The notes under the pieces are model-generated. The model was given only the letters and a program-made list of their open reading frames with translations. It was not told the origin of the DNA and searched no databases. DNA of 59,905 nucleotides, the filler included, from Sphacelaria rigidula (Eukaryota), in NCBI GenBank assembly GCA_964200075.2. It is 5 parts of 5 records of this genome, joined end to end, with 100 filler letters (N's around TTAATTAATTAA, not from the genome) between each part and the next. Parts side by side here need not be neighbours in the genome. Positions count along the whole stretch, not along the records: positions 48,006 to 59,905 come from CAXNAA020004359.1; 4 more parts are not named here. One strand, written 5' to 3'. This document shows positions 49,697 to 59,905 of this stretch, piece by piece; position 1 is the stretch's first letter, and every line of letters starts with the position of its first letter. The position numbers were made by a program, and so were the translations under genes.

Positions 49697-50129
49697 TTCA
49701 CCAGCTACAGGCCTCTCTCTGTGACATAAGCTACGGTATCGTGCCAACTGGTGACGTGTGGGAGATACTTGCGTGGAGGTTCGTGTGACGCCGTACAAAT
49801 ACTCTGCCCGTGCTCTGTTGTTCTACTCCGCAAAGTAATGAACGACGTGGTCGTTCCGTGTATACTTTTGCTGGACAATGTTCCGATTCGTGAAAGTGCC
49901 TATTATTATCGCAAAAAAAAATGTTTTGAAGAATTTCTGACGAGATCTCCGAACGACCCAGAGGCCGGCGTTCTTGTCATGTCCTGACGTTGCCATCAGA
50001 CCTTTTATCACGGACACAGTGCTGATTTCGTCGTTGGTTCGCCTTTACCGTCCTGAGGATGCCACGCTCGCCAACCCACGATGTTTCTACTCTCCGACAT
50101 GGCCCAGCGTGTTACTGGTAAGATTGCTC

Positions 50130-50530
50130 ATGGCTTTCGAATGCTTTCGAGCGCCACGGTGTACACACGGGGCAGCTCCCCGAGGTGCTGCGTGGCAGTC
50201 CGAACTGTTCAGATTTCTTCAAAAGTGACGCTTCGGAGAAAAAAACAAACCGTTTCATTTTCATAGATTTCTGAACCCGGAGCTCGAAATGTCCGAAAAA
50301 TCGGAAATATCCGAAAACAAATATCGAGATGAGGCCTATTATTTGCAACACTGTTCTCTCGGAGATCTCTGAAATTTCAAGTTTCGGGATCGGCAAGGTA
50401 CCTGATGGCCCTCAAACGCTCGCGAGCTCCACGGCGTACACACAGGGGTAGCTTACCGGGTACTGCACTGCAGTCCGATTTTGCGGACTTCTGCAAAATG
50501 AAACTTCGGAGAAAAATTCAAGCCACTTTT
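50130..50530. repeat. Direct repeat pair, about 275-bp period
   Basis: atggctttcgaatgctttcgagcgccacggtgtacacacgggg...cttcggagaaaaa versus atggccctcaaacgctcgcgagctccacggcgtacacacagggg...cttcggagaaaaa. Confidence 0.65.
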
Positions 50531-51188
50531 TTTTGGAAACGTCTGAACGCAGAGTCCGAAACGTCCGGAATTTACCGAGATCCCCGACAAAAACAGTAAC
50601 GATAGTAGTGGATCTGATAGTAAGTCTTAGGCCATTTGAATTTTCGTCTGGGCTGGGAAGAAAAACAGAGAAAAGCCCAGGATTCGGTTGTGAACCGTGG
50701 ACCGCCCCAGCAGTTCATCGCTGGCGCTAACAGAGTGTATTATCGGCATATTCTACCAACAGGTAATACCGTACACGATTGTGATGACCCTTCAAGTCCG
50801 GTCGGTATCATTTCGTACACTAAGATTCAGCACGTCACGACTTATGTCTTTGTATCACAGACCTAATGCATGCCAGAATTTTGTGTCCCAAGTCCCCATC
50901 GTACCTACTTCGTGTGATTGGTCAGTATCCCGCTGCCAGCCATCCCTCCTTCAGAGTGTGATGCTATCATGAAGATCGGGGCAGAGTGTCAGGGCACAGG
51001 TTGTTCATGCCCTGCAATTTATCTTCACCGTATATAGTAGAGCCAGCACAGCACAGTACAGCACTGTAGGGTACTCGAACATGTGTGTCTGCTACGTCTT
51101 GCTGAAATGCCCTTCAAAGTATGTGTAATGAAGTTTGAAATGAAAGTATGCCATAAACGCTTGCCGCCTGACGCGTGCAACACACGTC

Positions 51189-51223
<35 letters not shown>

Positions 51224-51399
51224 GGCACACGATATCGCAGTGCATATCATCGATACTCTGGCGAAACGATATGAATGGGACCACTACGCGCTCCTACATT
51301 CCCCTATCATCCCCCTCCCCCTCGGTTTTCAGCTCGCGCGCGTTCTAACGAAGTTTTGGGGAATGCTCCTCACTCACACCGCTAATCCGCACTCACCAG

Positions 51400-54300
51400 G
51401 TGGCGGCTGTGATAGGCGCGACGTTTTCCTTCGAAATCCTGTCGGCAGTGTTCCCGACCGACATTGCCGAAACGGATCTAAGGGAACACTTGGACGAGCT
51501 CGTGGCAGATAACTTTTTGGTCGAGTCAAGAGACCCATCGGGAGATAAAATCTACTTCAGGTTTACGCACTCTATGGTAAGAGGTTCAACACGCGGTAAT
51601 CTTGCAGCTTCACCGGCAGTTTTGTTCCGTATCCGACGTGTACACCTAAATGTTGCGTGATAGTTTTCACTATTTTACCTCTATATTTTCCGCGTCAACT
51701 CACCTATGCTTCAACGTGTTTGAAATCCCGTTTCCCCGCCTCACGGCGCTTGGCTGGTGTGATGTAACCGCAAATCTCCGACCGCGCAAATGGCTGTCTG
51801 AGTTCGTGTACGCCAAAAATCATAGCTTGAAAAGCTCCTGCTGACGGAAATCGGAGTATGGCGCTGTTCAATCGATAGATGGGAGAGAGGAATATACAGC
51901 ACCGTACCCCTCCGCCCGATCCATTGGTGCATTGTTCACAAGCTAGTGTAAGGCATACGCCTCATTCCCACCATTAGATGGGGGGGAAGGTGACATTGAC
52001 CCCGCTCGTCGATCTTTGAACGACTCATACTTCGCATTTTGAAGAGTTGAACGAAGACCGGTGAGTGTTTTGTATTGGACATTCGGCAGTTCGACAGCGA
52101 ACGACCAATTGCTACCTTCAGTGGGAGCCCGCCTGCTCTCAAGTGGCTCGAAAAATGTGAATCCCCCCCGTGCATTCACAAACGTCAAGTTATAGCTTAT
52201 TCGAAGAAGTAGTGGACAATATGATACAGTTGTATACGGTCTGGAGGAATGGGAGGTTCCCGGGGTTTTTATGGTAATGTCACTTGCATCTGGTTTCGGA
52301 GGACCTCCGGCGCGCCGGCACAAGTGTACTGTTCATAAGTGCCTTCATCTAAATATCTAAGCTGCATGGTATCTTCACTCCTTCTTGAGTAGATTTAGTC
52401 GTTGTCGGTCATCATCCAGAAGTCCAACATGCTCGATCCCTGAGCATACCGCAACGCCTTCGTTCACCACCATCACCCCCTCCCCACTTCTTGCCCGATG
52501 CATAAAAAGTAGACAGAAAACCCGCGTATTCTGTCTCCACCCATTTATTGGTTCAGTTGTTTCCCGATACGCACGTGTCACTATTGATGATACGACTCAG
52601 CACGGTATTTGTCTGTGCCTGTTTGATCGCATTAAATATCGTTTCGGTCATCCCTTGGAGGAATTCAAAGCATCTGAGATTAGACGACTACTCACCTGTA
52701 AACGTGCCAGGGTCGAACACACACAGTTCAGACTTCTCTTCATCCAGAACAAACGCGGCCTGACTCATGCTTTCATGTGATGTTCTTCCACTTCTCCCCT
52801 CTCACGCCGTTCTGCCGAACACACTTGGCTTTTCAAGTCTTGTCTTGACAAGCAACGCCGTGGATGATTCGAATTATTCGCGCGTGCGCGATTGCCTGGG
52901 ACCGATTGCAAAATACGTACTTCAATGCCGCCCCCCGTTTCCCCCATCGGCGAACAATCCTTGCTAGATGTCTTCCGCAGCCTACGGCATGCTTCTTCAC
53001 AGCTACCGATGGAAGCTGCACTATGGTGTCGTCATGGCAATGACTGCGGCGGGGGGCGAATCCGATATGGTGATGGCTCGCCACTGGTTAAAGGTGGGGA
53101 TAGGTAAAAACAACAACAACAACAACAACAACAACAGCAACAACAACAACCGGGATTTCGCTCTGTCAAATCCGACTTTCGAGATGATTTGCTTTGTTTA
53201 TTCGTTTGGGACTGAACGATAAGAGCACACTTTTTAACTTACTTTTCCTGTATAGTACACGAATATATTTTCATAGGGGCCGGTTTTCCTCGTTCTTCTC
53301 CTTTCTTTTTGCTCTTGTTTTCATCCATCATTTTCGTTTCTGCCCCCCGCGTGTCCTATTTTTCTCCCTGTATATCTCCCCCATTCTTGACGTTTTGTTT
53401 TTACGTCAGCGAGTGCTTCCGTTTTGTTCGCATTGGGCACGTCATCTCGTGGGTAATGATCATCTTATGGATGATGGTCACGGCTCGAACCCTCGAGGAT
53501 ACGTTGGAGTCCGACAATCCATCAATATCAGGCCACTAAATCAAGCGATCAATGTCTCAACGTATATTTCAATTTTTGCGTTGTTCATTCGTCTTGTGCA
53601 CATTACCCATGTAAGAAAGAGGAGCAGAAACGGTGAGCTTATCCTGAAAAACAAGCCGGATTGTTCTTTTGTTTCACGAGACAAGAGTGGGTTAGAATCT
53701 GATTATGTCAGCCTCAGCACTTACATCGTACGGTTTGAGCTTGACTTGCTGTATATGTTGAGCACGCGAAGTAGGGCGTCGTTAAAAATTGACGCAGAGG
53801 GAATGAGGACATCTCGCACTCTTCCTCCATGTAAAGATTCAATGGCGGGTCAGCTATACTCTTGCTATGAATACACTTATCTGACATCCTGAGTGAGATT
53901 CGACTTGTGAATGGCGGATTGCTTCGATGGCTACGTTATTCTTCCCATAGGAATCAAAGCCCTGAATTACGGCAAACACTTCTCAGAGATCACTGTGGGA
54001 CGAGGCAAGGGTTGCCAACAATCATCGCTATATGTGTCCGCGATACCGTATCACTCCTCCTTGATCCTCTGCATGCATTCGTGCGAGCAGTCGCGGCGTA
54101 TTGTACCACCTGTTCGAGAAGCAACAATTAACTTAATTCAGTTAAACTAATCTACGACCAGAACCAGATTTTCGAAATAGCCTGAATGTATTTTCGGTTT
54201 GGTATTTTGCCTCCATACATGTATCCCTCGCCGCTCCGCTCGTGCGAACGCTTGGGAAAATAGGTGGCGAAGGGAGATCCGAGCACGGAAGAAATTGCAG

Positions 54301-57300
54301 ATCTAGGAGGTCCCGAGGCCCATCGAGAACTGCTGGTGACGGTGAGAAGGGGCTTCTGTTTGTTCGTTTGTATTTGCCATACTCTCAACTCCTACCTTTT
54401 CTGCGGCTGATTCCGTGCTCTCAAGGGATTCTCCCATCACCCCCCCCGGTATGTTAGATATACCGCTGACTGTTTAGCTCAGCGGATATGTTGTATGTCT
54501 AACACGGTACAGGTCTTATTCTGTGGTGTCGAACATTGGATCATGACACCCGCACCGCGTCGGCTCTGGTCTACTCCTGTCATATATGAAACAATACCAC
54601 ACACGTATGCCCTTACGTTTTTAACCCCGGAAAACACTTCCTTTTCAGGGGAAAACCGAATACATCTGTCGGGAATCAAACCGGCATTTTCCCCAGTTAA
54701 TGGCTTCAGATGTGCCATTAGACCACCGGGTCGTACGGGCAAAATAGTCCGTGAATATCCCTTGTAGTTGCGAATTCACACGTCCACCGCAGTTGGGCTC
54801 TTCAAAAGTTGGGCAGGGACGAAGTGCCTGAATATACCTTCAAAATCCATCCATGCGCTACAGATGGTGTATGTTCCCCGATCTCTGAAATCACCGGGGG
54901 AATGTTCGTACACTTGCGAGGTGCTTGATATGGCCGTGGCGCGCTTCCTCGCAGTGCCCCGTTTACGGCGGAGTAAGACAACTGTCACGAGAGATCGCGA
55001 TGGGTTGAGTAGACGACAGATCCGCGTGGGGCGCTGCACCACCGTGATTTTGTTACTTATTCATATGTCACCCGCTTGCTTGGTGTACGGCTCTGTCCGA
55101 ACCTTCTCTCTGAACCTCAACCCTAAACCCTCAACTATAGAGGTTACAGTAAGAAGCCATGGAGCCGTTCTGACTCCGCTCGATCACACTAACTACAGTA
55201 CTGTTTCTCGAACCGCTCCTGTTGATACCTCGTACTGAATCGTACTGGCTCCGGTTCCTGGGCCGTTCCTACCGATACACTGTTCTGAACCGTACTGGCT
55301 CCTACCAGCCTCGTTGATTGCACGCACGAGAATCGATGTATGAGATCTAAGTTCAGTACGTAATCTGCACACCACCCATGATTGTATAGAGGTAGCACCA
55401 GAGAGCTGATACGATCACACCCAACATGCTAGATATGAGATAAATGAATGTTTCCATTGAACGCCATCGGAGCCGCGTGGTGGACCTGGACCCTCCGGAC
55501 TCATCCGTCCCGACTTCCTCCGCCTGTTCCGTGTTGCCGTCCTTCGTCGAGAACGCCGACTTGAACGTTTGTTGGCTTTGGGCGAGGCTGTCCTCACTTG
55601 ACATGCCATCCCGCACTCTTGGGTGGTCCCTCCACCGCCTGTGTCGTTTCCTTCGCCGCGGGCAGTTCCTCCGCTTCTTGGTCAAGGGTAGAATCGTCCG
55701 CGCTCGGCACGTATTTATTTTCGAGCTTCATCCCTGTGTTTTCGCTCAGCATCTCCGGTGGTTCGGTGATTCGGCCCTGTTCACAGCCATCTCCGCTTGA
55801 GAAGGCGCGGTCCTCTAGTCCAACCTGCTGCTCCTTTCTTGGTCATGGTGCCTCTCTTCGGGCCTGTGGGGCGCTGGTCCGAGCTTGGGGTCACATGAGC
55901 TACAGGTTCCGCCGGTGGCACCCGTGGTCCCAGCGGTTCACCGAGCTCTCGATTCTGAGGCTCGTTGTCATTCTGTTGGATTTCTTGTTCCATGGACACT
56001 TCTCATATGTCAGCATCGGGCCCTACCAGGGCTTCTTTCGCTGTCCACAGTTCCCGTGGTCCGGTGCGTTTCCGCCTCCGAGCATGCAGAATATGCCCTC
56101 GTCCTGACTAATTAAAAGGGCGGCGGGGAATATCGCGTTATCGGAACTGCTGTCGACGGAAATCCTACAACGTCGCTGCATGTTTTGGGGCTGGTTTGAG
56201 GCGCGGGGGGGGGGGGGGGGGGGGGGGGGGCGCTATCGCGGCATCACTCACAGATGCGCTGGTCGTTGCGCTAGTCGACCGGATCTGCGCAGTCCACTAT
56301 CCGAACAAGAGCGCTTCGATGATGTCGAGTCTTGTGGTGGCTGTCCACCCAGGCCATCATCGCCGTCGCTTTGTGCTGTATTCTCTTCTTCCGACGGGTC
56401 GTCCTCATCGTCGCTCACTTCGACAGCCTTCAGCTCCCCCACTATCTCTAGGACCCTGACCTCTGATTCAAACGTGATATATGAAGGCTTCACGAGCTTA
56501 GATTCCTGTATTAGCCATAGCATACCAGCAGAGCGAGTGCTGATCGTGCCCCACCACCATGGCCCGCTTCGCACATGGAGGGAACTTTGCGGCTGCACCG
56601 CGCTGCTGCTTGTGCTGGTGCACGAAACACTCGGATCCTCAAGTATGAAGCCGGTTCTAGTTGAAAAGCTTCCCAGTCAGCCTCTCAGATGGGGTCTCGC
56701 CCCCGAAGCATTCGTGGGGCATCCCTGTGGTCTTGAATGCCAAGCCCGCCAGAGCGAAGCGCCAGTAGTCCTCCCCGCGTCCCGCTTTCACCATTTGGCT
56801 GCGTGCTATCCTCACCAGCCGTCGAATTGTACCTTCAACAATTCTAATACTTTCCGGTGCCCGTGGCGGTGAGCAGCGCCACTTGATACCGCCATTGACC
56901 AGCATGCGTTGGAAATTGACTGACCGTCCAAGTCTCCCAGCGCCATCTCCGCTGATGCATTTGATGGTCACTCCCTCCCGGGCCATTTCGTCGATATAGG
57001 CTCCCGTGGCGTCAGTGGCAGCACTTCGTGTCTTGAGCCCAACAACGTACTTGCCTCGACTGGCCTCGTCCACGAAAACCTGAAACTATTTCATGTCCAT
57101 GACATCGGCGTGGGAAGGCCCGTCGAGGTCAGTGTGCACGACCTCACCTGGTGCTTTGGGACTCCTGCCGGTGCGGTCGTAGCTGAGCGCCTCGGACGTG
57201 CATTCCTTGCAGACGCTGCAGCACATCTCGGACGCCACCGTGGTAACAGTTACATCGACCAGCCCACGCTTCTCGAGGTATTTTATGGCAGCCGGGTCGA

Positions 57301-59496
57301 TTTGTCCTGAGGTGTCGTGCCACTGCTTCAATGTGAGGCTGCTTCTTATTTTCGAGCGAAACGAGCGCCGACGCCGCATGTTTGCCATTCCGGTGGGCGG
57401 ATACCGACAGGGTCAGGAACCCTATTCCATTCTTTCTGAGCCGAAGGTAGTTCTCCTTCCTGCCGGAATCCACGAATTCTCCCCCGTCACGCCGAATCGT
57501 TTCGGTACTCAGCAGCCGGCAAGGTAGTCCAGGGGCCCAAAGTACGCTCTTCAGTGTGATCTTTACCGGAGCCTCGTGTGATGAGATATCTCCCATTTCC
57601 AGCGCCTGCAGTGGCCCCTTATTCCCAAATGTACAGCTTCGATTATCCCGTGTGCGTGTTCCTGAGATCCTCTTCCCAGGGAGTCAAGTGGACATTCGCT
57701 CCCGCGTCGCAGAGAATCGCTATCTCTGTGTGACTGACTGTTGGTCGACGTGCACATGGATACTATCCGCTCATCTTCGACTACCACGTTCATCATCATG
57801 AATGGATATCCCTGCTCCCGTTACTTCTGCCGTTGTGTGGAGGAGGTGCGAACGTTTGTGTGGGGCTCATCCCCGGTGGTCGTTTAGCCAGAGGTTTGCC
57901 GCTAAGGTAGGGGCGACATTCGCGCCACCTATGATTTCGTCTCAACAGTACGCGCATTGATTGCTGTCGAGTCCGGAGTCGGCGTTTTTGCCGTCAGTCC
58001 TCGATTGGAACGCTACTGCCTCGTCGCGGCGTTCCATGTCGAACATTATGTATGTTGATGGTGCTACGGCTGCCCGTTTTAGCTCATCGTACGTCATACC
58101 TGGCTGGGTTGTTGGCTGTATGAATACTTGTAAAAGCGCCTCCTTGCCCCCGAGTAAAAGGTCTGCCCTCCTAGTCTCCTCGGCTTCGGCGTTTCCAAGC
58201 GCTTCAAGTTCCCCCCAGATGGTGTCCAGCTTCACCATAAAAAATGCTGATTCTTCCGCAGAACTGCCTTGGATATCCCGCAACGTTCGTTGCAATGGAA
58301 ATATTTGCACACACCGCTCGTCCTCTGCACGTCCACGGTAGATCCGTTCCAGCTCCAGCCAAACCTTCCCTGCCGTCGGGGTTGCCGCGTGCTCGGATCG
58401 TGCGGCGATGGCCGCGGCTGACCCTTTCGTAGCCTGTGTCAGGAGAAACCACGAAGACTGTGTGTTGCGTCGGTGCGTTTCGTACACCCTACGCTGGTCA
58501 AGTGTTGTGGTCGCTGTCGGAACAACTGGTGTGGCGTGATCTGGTCGCAGCAGACGATGTGGCCCCTTCCTCGCTGCGCATTCAGTGACGGAGAGTCTCA
58601 GTGCGTCCCATGTCCCTTGTGAGTGCCCCCGAGCGCCCGTTCAGATTCGCAACCTGTGTGGGTCTGTAGATTCGGAACTTGCGTGGGTCTGCCTCTATAC
58701 TCCTCGATGGTCGCAAACCTGCGCACTTGTGAGGTGACTTGTATGGCCGTGGCGCGGTTCCTCGCGATGCCCCGTTCATACCCTAGTAAGGCAGTCATCA
58801 CGAGAGATCTTGATGGGTTGAGCAGGTGACAGATACGCGCGGGGTGCTGCATCGCCGTGTTTTTACTTATTCTTCATATTTCACCCGCTTGCTTGGTGTA
58901 CGGCTCTATCTAGACCTTCTCTCTGAACCTCAGCCCTGAACTCCAACTATAGAGGTTACAGTATAGAGCCACGGAGCCTCTCTAGCTCGGCTGAATCACA
59001 CTGACTACAGAAGTCTTTCTGGAACCGTTCCGGTTGGTACCTCGTGCTGAACCGTACTGGCTCTAGTTCCTGCACCGTTCCCGCCGTCTTTTTGACAATG
59101 TAACATTTTGTTCAGGGGGTGAAACGTGCGTCTGGCAAAGTGATCCAGCACCCAGGCGGGGAATAACTTGTACACGTGGTGTGCGCATTCCGACATTTGA
59201 CCAACATAAAAGTGGTGTCCGGTATTGTGCATTCGTTCGTGTGCATCTTTTCATCTGAAATCAAAGCATTCGAATTCATCGGTATTTGATCTGTTCCCGG
59301 TTCATCAAAGCCATCACCAGACGATGCCCTTTCCGTTCGTTATGCCTATGACACCAGGCCGTTGGCTTCGTGTCTCAGGCGATCAGGGAGCTACTGACGA
59401 TGGGGCAATTCATTGACGCCTCTATCTTCTTCAAAGATGGACTGGAAGTGCTGGAGCAAATACCGGAGAACTCGCGGCGAAATATTCTCGAAATAG
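51400..59496 (+). CDS. Internal exons of a soluble adenylyl cyclase (ADCY10)-type STAND/AAA NTPase with winged helix and TPR-like region
   Basis: Phase-0 exons with GT-AG introns: 51400-51576, 52968-53093, 54264-54341, 59379-59496. They give VAAVIGATFSFEILSAVFP...LREHLDELVADNFL...YFRFTHSMMSSAAYGMLLHSYRWKLHYGV...MARHWLK...DASIFFKDGLEVLEQIP, which follows the A.VIG..F / F.H....AY..L....R..LH / A.HW pattern. Possible upstream exon 50763-50800 (VIPYTIVMTLQVR). Cyclase and P-loop were not found in the window. Confidence 0.85.
53107..53150. repeat. (AAC)n microsatellite
   Basis: Direct reading. Confidence 0.95.
54560..54740 (-). mobile_element. tRNA-derived SINE (different body), intronic
   Basis: Minus strand gacccggTGGTCTAATGG...ccGGTTTGATTCCcgac A/B boxes. 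3' boundary is approximate. Confidence 0.55.
54911..59081 (-). mobile_element. Decayed Ty1/Copia LTR retrotransposon, antisense within an intron
   Basis: Direct LTR-like repeats at 54911-55269 and 58724-59081 flank gag-protease-integrase remnants in Copia order. Confidence 0.85.
56430..58487 (-). pseudogene. Copia gag-protease-integrase, frameshifted; no RT/RNase H recognised
   Basis: Gag (WFLLTQATKGSAA...VWLELERIYRG...CAYC); protease ILCDAGANVHLTP near 57700; LKSVLWAPGLPCRLLS; pre-integrase WH..SG...CSVCKEC; integrase GEVVHTDLDGP...DEASR...ISGDGAG...SPPRAPESIRIVE...YWRFAL...TPSERLTG. Confidence 0.85.
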
Positions 59497-59814
59497 GTCA
59501 GAGTTCGAAATCGACAGAGCATGGGAAGTGTATCATGATGAATGGCGCGACATGGCGCTTAAATGGCCGTTTCCTCTTGACCTACTACATGCGCACGACT
59601 CAATACATCAAACTACTGTACTTGCGGGTGTATGTGATATCGAAGTACCAAAATGTCAAAGTGTGGTTCAAGATACCGATCAACCTCATTGTGGGGCACC
59701 CATTTGCTTTCCACCATTAGCTGATGAAGCGAAACACACGGTGTGCCGCGAAGTCGACCTCGGTGAGAACGTTGACTCACAAAACGCCCCTCCCCCCCCC
59801 CTCCCTCACCCATG

Positions 59815-59905
59815 GTGACGCACCCATGAGACAGTGTATAAGCCGTGGCTGTCTCTGGAAGCGGCGATACCAGAAAATAAAGCGACTCATTGTAAGCTGT
59901 CATCC
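59815..59905 (+). mobile_element. Retro-repeat R1 fragment
   Basis: cccatgagacagtgtataagccgtggctgtctctggaagcggc...gctgtcatcc, preceded by a C-run. Confidence 0.7.

Noticed and set aside
53194..53892. 232-aa ORF
   Set aside because: T-rich intronic sequence between two supported exons, non-ATG start, no motif.
55110..55135. Telomere-like ccctaaaccct
   Set aside because: Only one or two units inside an LTR and not conserved in the other LTR.
24281..59496. HET effector plus STAND receptor as a linked NLR-like locus
   Set aside because: They lie on different contigs separated by two artificial linkers.

Overview
Eukaryotic, intron-rich, repeat-rich DNA of roughly 50% GC. The long introns, short exons, (AC)-rich acceptors and repeat types suggest a brown alga (Phaeophyceae, Ectocarpus-like); this is inference. 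The window is not one locus. It is five contigs of 11902, 11902, 11901, 11900 and 11900 bp joined by identical 100-bp N44-TTAATTAATTAA-N44 linkers, so adjacency across linkers means nothing. Reading splice sites by hand gives these genes: (1) first exon of an APC/cationic amino-acid transporter; (2) the last six exons of a large protein with an Ig/ASH-like segment; (3) a spliced HET-domain gene (WLDxLC...RGWCRLE) that is largely invisible in the ORF track; (4) a complete four-exon, 166-aa organelle-targeted LEA/embryogenesis-like gene; (5) a low-complexity poly-Q exon; (6) internal exons of a soluble-adenylyl-cyclase-type STAND NTPase/TPR protein, with a decayed Copia element in one intron. 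Repeats include tRNA-derived SINEs, LINE 3' ends that finish in C-runs plus a non-autonomous partner with the same tail, Tourist-like MITEs, a long-TIR element, 42/84-bp tandem arrays and microsatellites. No CRISPR array, rRNA or intact tRNA gene is supported.
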